64,000 bases of DNA, from positions 2,483-66,482 of the forward strand of contig CALOBV010000006.1 in assembly GCA_942491535.1 (NCBI GenBank). Reading direction: 5' to 3'. How positions within the stretch are numbered: the first letter of the stretch is position 1; the number at the start of each line of letters is the position of its first letter. Source of the stretch: an uncultured Marinilabiliaceae bacterium (lineage in GTDB: Bacteria > Bacteroidota > Bacteroidia > Bacteroidales > VadinHA17). The notes beneath the pieces were generated by a model. That model searched no databases and was not told the origin of the DNA. It saw only the letters and a program-made list of their open reading frames with translations. Shown here piece by piece: positions 19,726 to 28,489 of this stretch. The position numbers and the translations under genes were made by a program.

Positions 19726-20215
19726 ATGAAAAAATTACTTACCCTCTTATCAGTTTCTATACTGGTTTACCTCCCTTCGCTGGCCATCGACCCGGTTGCC
19801 GAAGGGAAATACAAATCATGAGCTCGGTGCGTATGTTATTGAGAAGTCAATTGCTCCCCTGATAGTTGATGCCAGAATTCTTCCCACCTACGAGGTATCT
19901 TACGAAAATTCAGATATGACAGTAAAGATTGCCATTGACGACAGTAATAAAAAATGCAGAAAACTAATTGTTGTTTCTGACCATCTTTCAGTTCAGTATA
20001 ATTGTGATGGAAAGATATTTGGTGTAAACCTTTTAGAAGGACAATATGCAGACGACGGGATTTCAGATTCAAGACTTTACCTGGATAATTCGGAATATTT
20101 CAGGCAAAAAGTAATATCACAGTCAGCAAAAGATGAGATTGATCAAATTAAACTTATATCGGTTTATTTTCCGAAATTAGTTAAAGACTACGAGATAGTA
20201 TTCGCAGTCAAATAA
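19726..20215 (+). pseudogene. Small secreted hypothetical protein, signal peptide out of frame with the body
   Basis: ATG at 19726 gives MKKLLTLLSVSILVYLPSLAIDPVAEGKYKS*. The 139-aa body (ORF 19796..20215) is in the +1 frame and overlaps it. A single shift between ~19780 and 19800 would join them. Confidence 0.5.
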
Positions 20216-20265
20216 CTCTATATATCACGTAGTTTCCACTACACATAAGTTTTAGGTTTTGTGTT

Positions 20266-20300
20266 GCAGGGCACCCTCCAGAGGTGCCCTGCTTCTTTTT
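20266..20300 (+). terminator. Rho-independent terminator
   Basis: Stem gcagggcacc (20266..20275), loop ctccaga, stem ggtgccctgc (20283..20292), then ttcttttt. Confidence 0.75.
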
Positions 20301-20377
20301 AATTGTATATTTTTGTTTGGGATGCTAACTTGCAATACGATTAGTATCCAAATTCAAGAAAACTAAAACACACTATT

Positions 20378-22726
20378 ATGAAGAAGCTGCTGATTCTTTT
20401 GCTCACTATTTCAATCTGTACAACTATTTCGTCTCAAACAAAAAAACCGATCCTGGGTGCCGGGGAAAAGGTTAATATGTTTTCCAAACATCTGGAAATG
20501 AAAAATGATTCTGAGTTTAAAGAACTTATATGGCAATATATAGGTCCCACGAACATAAGCGGCAGGTGTACTGATGTTGAGGCTGTTATGCCAAGGGGCG
20601 AGTCGTATACAATATGGGTAGGATCGGCCTCGGGAGGGGTATGGAAATCGGATAATGAAGGCACAAGCTTTGAGCATATGACAAAGGATCTGCCTACTGC
20701 CTCGATTGGAGATATCGCAATAGACCCTAATAATCCTGATGTTGTATGGGTAGGTACCGGAGAAGCAAATATCTTCAGAAGTTCAAATTCGGGTTGTGGA
20801 GTATTTAAAACAAGCGACGGAGGAAAGACCTGGGAGGACATGGGCCTTAATAATACCATGACTATAGGAAGAATCAGGATAAATCCAAAAGATCCCGATA
20901 TTGTATATGTTGCGGCCACAGGTCATGAATGGACTGCCAATAAGGAAAGAGGACTCTTTAAGACAGTAGATGGAGGAAAGACCTGGGAAAAAATTCTATA
21001 CCTGGATGATATGACCGGAGCCTATGACCTTGTGCTGGATCCGGAAAAACCGAATACAATATACTGTACAACATGGGAAAGGATAAGGGAAAAGTGGAGC
21101 GACCCACGTACATGGGAAACAACTAAGAACAGCGCGATCTGGAAATCGACAGACGGGGGGAAAAACTGGAAGAGAATAGTAAACGGTCTCCCCGCTCCCA
21201 ACCATACCGGCCGGATAGGTATCGATATAGCAAGATCGAATCCAAAGGTACTTTATGCCTATGTCGATAATTATGAGGTGGCATATTTTGCAAAGGAGGG
21301 GGAAACAGATGCATACGGTCGTGAAGGAACAAATACTATTAAAGGAGCTACCATATATAAAACTGTTAACGGTGGAGAGGAATGGGTTAAAGTGAGCGGG
21401 CTTACGCCAGAGCAGAAGAGGATGATGGAAAGACATTCGGGTACTTACGGGTGGGTATTTGCCCAGATAAGAGTCGATCCCAACGACGAGAATATTGTTT
21501 ATTCTATGGGACTTAACCTTAACCAGAGCACTGACGGTGGTAAAACTTTTAAACCACTCAGGGGTCCCCATTCCGACCACCATGGTTTATGGATAGATCC
21601 AAATAATTCCAATTACCTGTTGAATGTGCAGGATGGCGGGCTGGTCATCTCCTATGATAAGGGCAAAACATTTAAATATCCTATTAAGGAGCTACCACTT
21701 GGCCAGTTCTTTAATATAAGCTATGATATGGCTTCTCCTTTCAGGGTATATGGATCTATGCAGGATCATGGCAGCTATGTTGGCACCGTTGATCTCTCGA
21801 GGGGCCGCAATATGGTACCGGCCAGGGACTTTTCAATGACTCTTGGAGGAGAAGGGACATCACATGCCATCGACCTGAATGATAATAACACTGTTTATGC
21901 CAGCGGTTTCTATGGCTTATTGATGAAGGCAAAGGTTGATGATTACCTTAATGCTACCGGCTGGAATGTCGCCTCTGAAAGGATATTGCCAAACACTTTC
22001 AGCGATGAGCCCGTTCTGAGGGGTCAGTGGGTCACACCCACAATACTGTCGCCACACAACCAGGATATTGTATACCATGGTATGCAGCGATTATTAATGT
22101 CGAGAGACAGGGGACAAACCTGGGATTATATTAGTCCTGATCTGACTTATAATGATCCGAAGAAAAACGGTGATATAAGCTACCAGACAATAAGCTCTAT
22201 TGACGAATCACCACTGAAAGAAGGCCTTATCTATGTAGGAACCGACGACGGAAGGGTATGGAGAACAAAGGATGGAGGTAAAAACTGGACCGATATCCGT
22301 AAGGGTAGCCTTCCTATTAAGTGGGTATCACGGATTGTTGCATCAAAATATGATATAGGTACGGTTTACCTGACCCAAACGGGTCGCCGCGATGATGATT
22401 TCCAGGTCTATGTGTGGAAGTCGACAGATTTTGGTACTACCTGGACAGATATATCAGCTAATATTCCTCTCGGGCCGATAAATGTGATAAGAGAAGATCC
22501 TGTAAATCCTGAAATACTATATATAGGATCAGACGCAGGTGTTTATGTTAGTTTAACAGGTGGAAGATCCTACCAGGTACTTGGTGATCTGCCATATGAA
22601 TACGTTCACGATCTTATCGTCCACCCCAGAGACAATATGATTGTTATTGCCACACATGGGGGAGGCGTTTTTGTGATGGATGCTAACGATATTAACGAAA
22701 AGGACAAGATCAGGAGGAGGTATTAA
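20378..22726 (+). CDS. BNR/Asp-box repeat, sortilin-like beta-propeller protein (paralogue of 8522..11647)
   Basis: Signal peptide MKKLLILLLTISICTTISSQ. Asp boxes TSDGGKTW, TVDGGKTW, STDGGKNW, TVNGGEEW, STDGGKTF, SYDKGKTF, SRDRGQTW, TKDGGKNW, STDFGTTW. 782 aa. Confidence 0.8.
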   Translation: MKKLLILLLTISICTTISSQTKKPILGAGEKVNMFSKHLEMKNDSEFKELIWQYIGPTNISGRCTDVEAVMPRGESYTIWVGSASGGVWKSDNEGTSFEHMTKDLPTASIGDIAIDPNNPDVVWVGTGEANIFRSSNSGCGVFKTSDGGKTWEDMGLNNTMTIGRIRINPKDPDIVYVAATGHEWTANKERGLFKTVDGGKTWEKILYLDDMTGAYDLVLDPEKPNTIYCTTWERIREKWSDPRTWETTKNSAIWKSTDGGKNWKRIVNGLPAPNHTGRIGIDIARSNPKVLYAYVDNYEVAYFAKEGETDAYGREGTNTIKGATIYKTVNGGEEWVKVSGLTPEQKRMMERHSGTYGWVFAQIRVDPNDENIVYSMGLNLNQSTDGGKTFKPLRGPHSDHHGLWIDPNNSNYLLNVQDGGLVISYDKGKTFKYPIKELPLGQFFNISYDMASPFRVYGSMQDHGSYVGTVDLSRGRNMVPARDFSMTLGGEGTSHAIDLNDNNTVYASGFYGLLMKAKVDDYLNATGWNVASERILPNTFSDEPVLRGQWVTPTILSPHNQDIVYHGMQRLLMSRDRGQTWDYISPDLTYNDPKKNGDISYQTISSIDESPLKEGLIYVGTDDGRVWRTKDGGKNWTDIRKGSLPIKWVSRIVASKYDIGTVYLTQTGRRDDDFQVYVWKSTDFGTTWTDISANIPLGPINVIREDPVNPEILYIGSDAGVYVSLTGGRSYQVLGDLPYEYVHDLIVHPRDNMIVIATHGGGVFVMDANDINEKDKIRRRY

Positions 22727-22763
22727 GAGCTAAGAGGGAAGGGCAAAGGGCTAAGAGCAAAGA

Positions 22764-22842
22764 GTGTTGGGGGTGTTGGGTGTTGGGTGTTGGGTGTTGG
22801 GTGTTGGGTGTTGGGTGTTGGGTGTTGGGTGTTGGGTGTTGG
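22764..22842. repeat. 7-bp tandem repeat (gtgttgg) x11
   Basis: One unit at 22764..22770, then gg, then ten perfect units at 22773..22842. Preceded by a purine-rich stretch (gagctaagagggaagggcaaagggctaagagcaaagag). Lies between convergent stop codons at 22726 and 22853. Confidence 0.95.
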
Positions 22843-22852
22843 AGTAATAGTT

Positions 22853-23815
22853 TCAACCTATTTTCAACCTGCTAAGGATAATTCGTCCGCGTGCTTTTAC
22901 GCCTGCTGAACCGCTTTCCATATTTCGCTTTATAGAGGCTACCAGCTCGATGGTAAGTTCAGGGTAAATTTCTGACAGCTGGTAGATAATTTCCATGGTA
23001 TAAGCCTTGATTGCTATTGCGCTCTTTGCATCATTCAGCCAGGTAAAGCAACAATCTGCGAGTATGCCCTGTTCCCTGTCATTAAGTCCGTTAACCCCCG
23101 CTGCAATAAGGATATTAAGATAGGACCTGATTACTGATTCATTACTGAGGGAAGGCATGGCTTCTATCATTTTGCCATAATAATTCTTAAGCACCCCCTT
23201 CCTTTTCTCGGAAACTTTCACCAGGGCATATGAAGACCTGAATGCCAGGGTTGTATCTGCTGAGAGCGAATAATCGAACAGGGCCCTCAATACCGATGTT
23301 TTTATAATGGCCGTGTCTGCAATAAGATCTACTGCCCCGTATCCTGTTTTACCCGACAGCATCTCCCTTATTTGTTTTAATTCAGACTCAGATATATCAT
23401 TTCCCTTCCTGATTTCCACCTTTTCCGGATTATGTATGGAGGCATAAGCCCGGGCAACGGGAATATCTGCTTCTGAAAAATCAATATCTCCAAGTTCACC
23501 GGCGTCGACCCACTTAAAATCGACATGCTCGGCCAGTACCGGAAGATCCATCAGGGTATCGCATATAAAGGGAATAAGTCTTACCTGTTTGTGTCCGTAA
23601 TCGTGCTCTACACTATCAAGGCTTCCGATTATAATTACATCGAGGGATAGCTCCTCATCAATCTCTCTCACAATACAATCTTCATAGCTCTCACCCGGAT
23701 CCACCTTGCCCCCCGGAAATTCCCATTTAAGTGGATGATCGGTCTCGAGGCCTCTCTGTACTACAAGTATCTGTTCATCGTCGTTTCTTATTATGGCACA
23801 GCTTACTTCTATCAT
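22853..23815 (-). CDS. NUDIX hydrolase (MutT-like) fused to a C-terminal all-helical repeat domain
   Basis: Nudix box GKWEFPGGKVDPGESYEDCIVREIDEEL in residues ~30-60. Residues ~140-320 are helical repeat-like (no family confirmed). Confidence 0.8.
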   Translation of the reverse strand: MIEVSCAIIRNDDEQILVVQRGLETDHPLKWEFPGGKVDPGESYEDCIVREIDEELSLDVIIIGSLDSVEHDYGHKQVRLIPFICDTLMDLPVLAEHVDFKWVDAGELGDIDFSEADIPVARAYASIHNPEKVEIRKGNDISESELKQIREMLSGKTGYGAVDLIADTAIIKTSVLRALFDYSLSADTTLAFRSSYALVKVSEKRKGVLKNYYGKMIEAMPSLSNESVIRSYLNILIAAGVNGLNDREQGILADCCFTWLNDAKSAIAIKAYTMEIIYQLSEIYPELTIELVASIKRNMESGSAGVKARGRIILSRLKIG

Positions 23816-23830
23816 AAATAAACGTAGTGA

Positions 23831-24286
23831 TTAGAGTTCATTATAATGAGGGATAGACTTCAGGAATTCATATTCCGGCACTTCATTGCCACCGAGGATG
23901 CATGCATAATGTTTAATGCCGTTTGTAACAACTAAATATCTGAGTTTAAATTTGAAATTATATTCCACAATCTGATCGAATACACTGTTATCTATTTTTA
24001 CACTGGGGGCTTTACACTCGACTATAAGGATGGGGTTGCCCACCCTGTTATAAACGAGTACGTCTGCCCTGCGGGTAAGCGAATTCATCTTAAAAGTAAC
24101 TTCAATCCCTATTAATCCCGCAGGATATCCCTTTTCATTTACCAGGTATTTGACAAAGTGTTGTCTGACCCATTCTTCTGGAGTAAGAACAAGCCAAATC
24201 TTTCTGAATTCGTCAAAAATCAGCTTTTTTTTGTTTTCTTCTTCTTTTAGTCTGAACGAATAAGCCGGGAGATTAAGCTCTTTCAC
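23831..24286 (-). CDS. Type I restriction enzyme HsdR N-terminal domain-containing protein (stand-alone)
   Basis: 151 aa. ...WVRQHFVKYLVNEKGYPAGLIGIEV...RADVLVYNRVGNPILIVECKAP...QIVEYNFKFKLRYLVVTNG matches my memory of the conserved Bacteroidota family. GTG start at 24286. Confidence 0.7.
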   Translation of the reverse strand: MKELNLPAYSFRLKEEENKKKLIFDEFRKIWLVLTPEEWVRQHFVKYLVNEKGYPAGLIGIEVTFKMNSLTRRADVLVYNRVGNPILIVECKAPSVKIDNSVFDQIVEYNFKFKLRYLVVTNGIKHYACILGGNEVPEYEFLKSIPHYNEL

Positions 24287-24360
24287 CTTAGTTTTTGTAT
24301 TTTTGAAATCTCTACTCTCAGAGACAAAGATACTCAGTTAATCAAAGAGCGTAAAATATT

Positions 24361-25131
24361 ATGATAACGAAGGCAGAAATTGTTGCAAACTGGTTACCCA
24401 GGTACACAGGTAAGAAGACTGAAGATATTGGCAAATACATATTGCTTACAAACTTCCACAACTATGTTGAGATGTTTGCAAAGCGATTTGGAGTTAAGGT
24501 AGATGGGAAAGACAGAAATATGCCCAGCGCAACGGCCAATGGCATAACTATAATCGACTTTGGCATGGGTAGTCCTAATGCTGCAATTATTGTCGACCTG
24601 CTGTCAGCAATCGCACCAAAAGCCATATTATTTCTTGGCAAATGCGGGGGACTGAAGAAGAAGAACAAGCTCGGCGATATGATAGTGCCGATTGCGGCAA
24701 TCAGATCGGACGGTACTTCAAATGATTATCTTCCGGCTGAGGTTCCTGCTCTTCCTTCTTTTAAACTTCAGTTTGCTCTCGCAACAGTTATATCGAGAAA
24801 GCATATCGATTACTGGACAGGTACTGTCTATACAACAAACAGGAGAGTATGGGAACATGATGAAAGGTTTAAAAAGTATCTCCAGAAGACACGTTCAATG
24901 GCAATTGATATGGAATCGGCCACAATTTTTACAGTTGGATTCGCTAATGAAATACCAACAGGAGCTCTTCTGCTGGTTTCGGATCAACCCATGATATCGA
25001 CAGGTATAAAGACAGAAGAAAGCGACAAGAAAGTTACAGATAGTTTTGTTGAGAGTCATCTTCTTATAGGGATAGAGACCCTGGAGGAAATAAAAGAGAA
25101 TGCTATTTCAGTAAAACACCTCAGGTTTTAA
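24361..25131 (+). CDS. amn: AMP nucleosidase / PNP_UDP_1-family nucleoside phosphorylase
   Basis: 256 aa. N-terminal IVANWLPRYTG...ILLTNFHNYVEMFA and GMGSPNAAIIVDLL...FLGKCGG..., typical of short Bacteroidota AMP nucleosidases. Confidence 0.65.
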   Translation: MITKAEIVANWLPRYTGKKTEDIGKYILLTNFHNYVEMFAKRFGVKVDGKDRNMPSATANGITIIDFGMGSPNAAIIVDLLSAIAPKAILFLGKCGGLKKKNKLGDMIVPIAAIRSDGTSNDYLPAEVPALPSFKLQFALATVISRKHIDYWTGTVYTTNRRVWEHDERFKKYLQKTRSMAIDMESATIFTVGFANEIPTGALLLVSDQPMISTGIKTEESDKKVTDSFVESHLLIGIETLEEIKENAISVKHLRF

Positions 25132-25133
25132 AG

Positions 25134-26147
25134 ATGCAGGACCAGTACAGGCAGATAATAAACAGCATTAAGAAAAAGATTTACAAGAATATCTATTTTC
25201 TACATGGTGATGAACCATATTATATTGACCTGATAACCGAGTTTATCGAAGATAATATCCTTGAAGAGGGAGAGAGATCATTTAACCAGGTTGTTTTATA
25301 CGGAGAGGAAACCACAGTTGAACAGATCATTGAGACATCGCGAAGATTTCCAATGATGTCGAATCAGATGGTAGTAATTGTTAAGGAGGCACATTATCTG
25401 AAAAACCTCGACCTGCTAAAGAATTATATTGATCATCCCCTCGAATCTACTCTACTTGTTATCAGCTATAAGTATAAAAAGCTGGATAAGAGAACTGCTA
25501 TTTATAAGGCTCTGGATAAATCACCCGGCGTTGAACTCTTTCTTTCTGAAAAACTCAGGGATTACCAGGTGCCGGCGTGGATAGACACCTATTTCAGTGC
25601 AAATAAGATTACTGCCGACAGAAATGTAAGTATGATACTTACAGAATACCTGGGTACCGACCTGACTAAGATAGTTAATGAACTGGCCAAGCTGAAGATT
25701 ATGTTACCGGAGGGACAGTTGCATATCACGGCAAAGGACATTGAAGAAAAAATAGGCATAAGCAAGGAGTTTAATAATTTCGAGTTGCAAAATGCTATCG
25801 GGACCAGAAGTATAGAAAAATGCAACAGGATAGTACAGCACTTCAGTCATAACCAGAAAGACAATCATATATCGGTTACCATAGCAACCCTATTCTCCTT
25901 TTTTAAGAAGCTGCTGGTATATCATTTTCTCCAGGACAGATCGCGTAATAATGTCGCATCGGTATTAAAGATTAATCCTTATTTCGTAAACCAGTACGAA
26001 ATGGCTTCAAGGATCTATAATCCTAAAAAAACAGTATATGTAATTAGCCTTCTGAGGGATTTTGATATGAGATCTAAAGGCTTTGGAAATACCACAACTG
26101 ATAACGGAGATTTGCTTAAGGAGCTGGTGTTTAAGATACTTCATTAG
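25134..26147 (+). CDS. holA: DNA polymerase III subunit delta
   Basis: 337 aa. IYFLHGDEPYYIDLI N-terminus and overall delta-subunit layout. Start is 2 nt after the amn stop. Confidence 0.8.
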   Translation: MQDQYRQIINSIKKKIYKNIYFLHGDEPYYIDLITEFIEDNILEEGERSFNQVVLYGEETTVEQIIETSRRFPMMSNQMVVIVKEAHYLKNLDLLKNYIDHPLESTLLVISYKYKKLDKRTAIYKALDKSPGVELFLSEKLRDYQVPAWIDTYFSANKITADRNVSMILTEYLGTDLTKIVNELAKLKIMLPEGQLHITAKDIEEKIGISKEFNNFELQNAIGTRSIEKCNRIVQHFSHNQKDNHISVTIATLFSFFKKLLVYHFLQDRSRNNVASVLKINPYFVNQYEMASRIYNPKKTVYVISLLRDFDMRSKGFGNTTTDNGDLLKELVFKILH

Positions 26148-26150
26148 GAA

Positions 26151-26222
26151 GTGACTAAAGTGACTAAAGTGCCTAAAGTACTTAAAGTGCCTAAAGTACT
26201 TAAAGTGCCTAAAGTACTTAGA
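26151..26222. repeat. 9-bp tandem repeat, 8 units (gtgactaaa x2, then the 18-bp unit gtgcctaaagtacttaaa x3)
   Basis: Starts 3 nt after the holA TAG (26145..26147). Lies between convergent genes. Confidence 0.95.
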
Positions 26223-26258
26223 GTTGAGGAATAAATAACGCGATCGCAGCGAGCCAGA

Positions 26259-26849
26259 TCAGTTCATTTCCGGTGAGTCGGGGAAGTCGGCCCAGATACT
26301 ATATTTCTTATTCATATTCCTGAGAACCATTTTCCATGTATCTTCTGTTCGGTAGCTCATTACAGCTTTTTCGGCAACATTACCAATAAGCCATGAATTT
26401 TCCTTTAGCTCACGTTCGAGCTGACCCTCACCCCAGCCTGAATACCCCAGGAAGAATCTTACCTGGTTTCTATCTGCTTTACCTGTTTTTATCAAGTCTT
26501 TCAGGACATCAATACTACCTCCCCAGTATATATTTTCAGAGATCCAGACACTATCATTGATAAGATCGCCAAGGGTATGAATATAGTGCAGGGTATCGGG
26601 AGCAACCGGTCCGCCCATGGTAAGTTTTTCCTCCCATCCGGAGAAACCTTCGAGGGCATCGTCTACCTTTATATTTATAGACTTATTAAGAATAAATCCA
26701 ACCGATCCCTTTTCGGTATGCTCAGTTAGATAGATAAGGGTACGGTTAAAGAAACTATCAGGAAGGAAGGGCTCTGAAATCAGGAGCTTTCCTTTCTCCG
26801 GAATCTTATCTTCGGGACGTATTGTAAAAAGATCTATCTCAGCTTTCAT
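26259..26849 (-). CDS. YqgE/AlgH family protein (UPF0301)
   Basis: 196 aa. GKLLISEPFLPDSFFNRTLIYLTEHTEKGSVGFILNK...GGPV...LHYIH...FLGYSGWGEGQLERELKENSWL is the family signature. Confidence 0.85.
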   Translation of the reverse strand: MKAEIDLFTIRPEDKIPEKGKLLISEPFLPDSFFNRTLIYLTEHTEKGSVGFILNKSINIKVDDALEGFSGWEEKLTMGGPVAPDTLHYIHTLGDLINDSVWISENIYWGGSIDVLKDLIKTGKADRNQVRFFLGYSGWGEGQLERELKENSWLIGNVAEKAVMSYRTEDTWKMVLRNMNKKYSIWADFPDSPEMN

Positions 26850-27001
26850 ACCTTAGCAATATTATAATACAATATAATCAAAAAAATAATTTGAATCAAA
26901 TCAGTCTAAATGAATAACATCCCTAAGCAGTCTATTGTTTAACAGCTATATTATTAGGAAAAACGATTATCTTAGGCAAACTTTTCAAATGTATACCAGG
27001 T

Positions 27002-28489
27002 ATGGCAAGAAGCATAAAGAATCCAACACTTATTCAATCTTTTATTCCGATAATATTTTTAATTATCCTGCTTACCCTTAATGTAAAATACTTTGGAGAT
27101 AATACTCTGGCAGGATCGAACCAGATTGCTCTTATGCTCGCCTCGACCGTTGCCGGATTAATGGCCTGGTTCCTGGGCCATAATTGGATAGATGTAAGGG
27201 CAACGGTGGTAAAAAGTATAGGCTCGGCCATGCCTTCGATACTGATTCTTTTTCTTATTGGCTCCCTGGCCGGGACATGGATGATAAGTGGTGTTGTACC
27301 TATGCTGATTTTTTACGGACTTAAGATTCTTAACCCAGTAATCTTCCTTTTTGCTGCCGTAGTAATATGTGCAATTATTTCACTTGCCACCGGCAGTTCA
27401 TGGTCGACAATTGCCACTATCGGTATTGCGCTTCTGGGTATTGGCACTACACTTGGCTTTAAGCCCGGACTGGTTGCCGGTGCGATAATCTCGGGAGCTT
27501 ATTTTGGAGATAAAATGTCGCCACTCAGCGATACTACCAACCTTGCTCCTGCAATGGCCGGAACAGATCTTTTTACCCACATCAGGTATATGGTTCTTAC
27601 CACAGGGCCCAGTATCCTGATAACATTAATAATATTTCTTATTCTTGGATTTACCGTCAATGTAGAATCGAGCAGCACAGATGTAAATGCGGTGCTGAAT
27701 GCCATCGAATCAAAATTTAATGTATCTCCCCTGCTTCTGCTTGTACCAGCTTTCCTGATATTTATAATAATAAAAAAGGTACCACCCCTTCCTGCACTTA
27801 TTGCAGGGACACTTGCGGGAGCGCTTTTCGCAATAATATTTCAACCTGACGTAGTACGAGAGATTGCTACAGGCACAGGTAATTTCGCCAAACAATCTTA
27901 TATCGCAATTATGAAGACGATGTTCGGCGAAGTATCGGTAGTTACAGGTAATGAGTCTGTTAACGAACTTCTTTCAACAAGGGGTATGGCAGGTATGCTC
28001 AATACCATATGGTTGATTATTACGGCAATGGTATTTGGAGGAATAATGGAATCGGCAGGCATGCTAGTAAGAATAACGCAGACTATAATGAGATTTGTAC
28101 ATAATGCCGGAAGTCTTGTTGCTGCTACGGTGGGTACATGTTTATTCTTCAATATTACGGCTTCCGATCAGTACCTGGCCATTGTAGTGCCCGGAAGGAT
28201 GTTTGCAAAAACCTACAGGGATATGGGTTATAAACCTGAATTACTTAGCCGTACTCTTGAAGACTCGGGAACGGTTACCTCGGTACTTATTCCATGGAAT
28301 ACCTGTGGAGCAACACAGAGCAGCATACTGGGTGTACCAACATTTACGTATCTGCCATATGCATTCTTTAACCTGATAAGTCCTCTAATGAGTATTTTCA
28401 TGGCCGCCTTCAACATTAAGATCAGAAGGATTAAGGATGGTGATACTGAGAGTAAGCCTATTACAGAAGACGACAGGAGAGATCTTTAA
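27002..28489 (+). CDS. nhaC: Na+/H+ antiporter, NhaC family
   Basis: 495 aa, ~11-12 TM helices. GSSWSTIATIGIALLGIG and FGDKMSPLSDTTNLAPA motifs are typical of NhaC. Confidence 0.85.
   Translation: MARSIKNPTLIQSFIPIIFLIILLTLNVKYFGDNTLAGSNQIALMLASTVAGLMAWFLGHNWIDVRATVVKSIGSAMPSILILFLIGSLAGTWMISGVVPMLIFYGLKILNPVIFLFAAVVICAIISLATGSSWSTIATIGIALLGIGTTLGFKPGLVAGAIISGAYFGDKMSPLSDTTNLAPAMAGTDLFTHIRYMVLTTGPSILITLIIFLILGFTVNVESSSTDVNAVLNAIESKFNVSPLLLLVPAFLIFIIIKKVPPLPALIAGTLAGALFAIIFQPDVVREIATGTGNFAKQSYIAIMKTMFGEVSVVTGNESVNELLSTRGMAGMLNTIWLIITAMVFGGIMESAGMLVRITQTIMRFVHNAGSLVAATVGTCLFFNITASDQYLAIVVPGRMFAKTYRDMGYKPELLSRTLEDSGTVTSVLIPWNTCGATQSSILGVPTFTYLPYAFFNLISPLMSIFMAAFNIKIRRIKDGDTESKPITEDDRRDL

Noticed and set aside
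20434-21583. Antisense ORFs 20434..20919 (161 aa) and 20996..21583 (195 aa)
   Set aside because: They lie opposite the BNR-repeat gene, whose Asp-box periodicity clearly marks the true frame. No motifs or start context support them.
16019-26222. Whether the three tandem arrays (16019..16104, 22764..22842, 26151..26222) could be CRISPR arrays
   Set aside because: The units are 7-11 bp and directly adjacent, with no unique spacers. No cas genes are present in the window.
26148-26234. An in-frame open extension after the holA TAG (EVTKVTKVPKVLKVPKVLKVPKVLRVEE*), suggesting stop-codon readthrough
   Set aside because: The open frame follows trivially from the repeat composition. The heptamer array is likewise open in all frames, and the 11-bp array after 16017 is not open. 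There is no independent evidence for readthrough.
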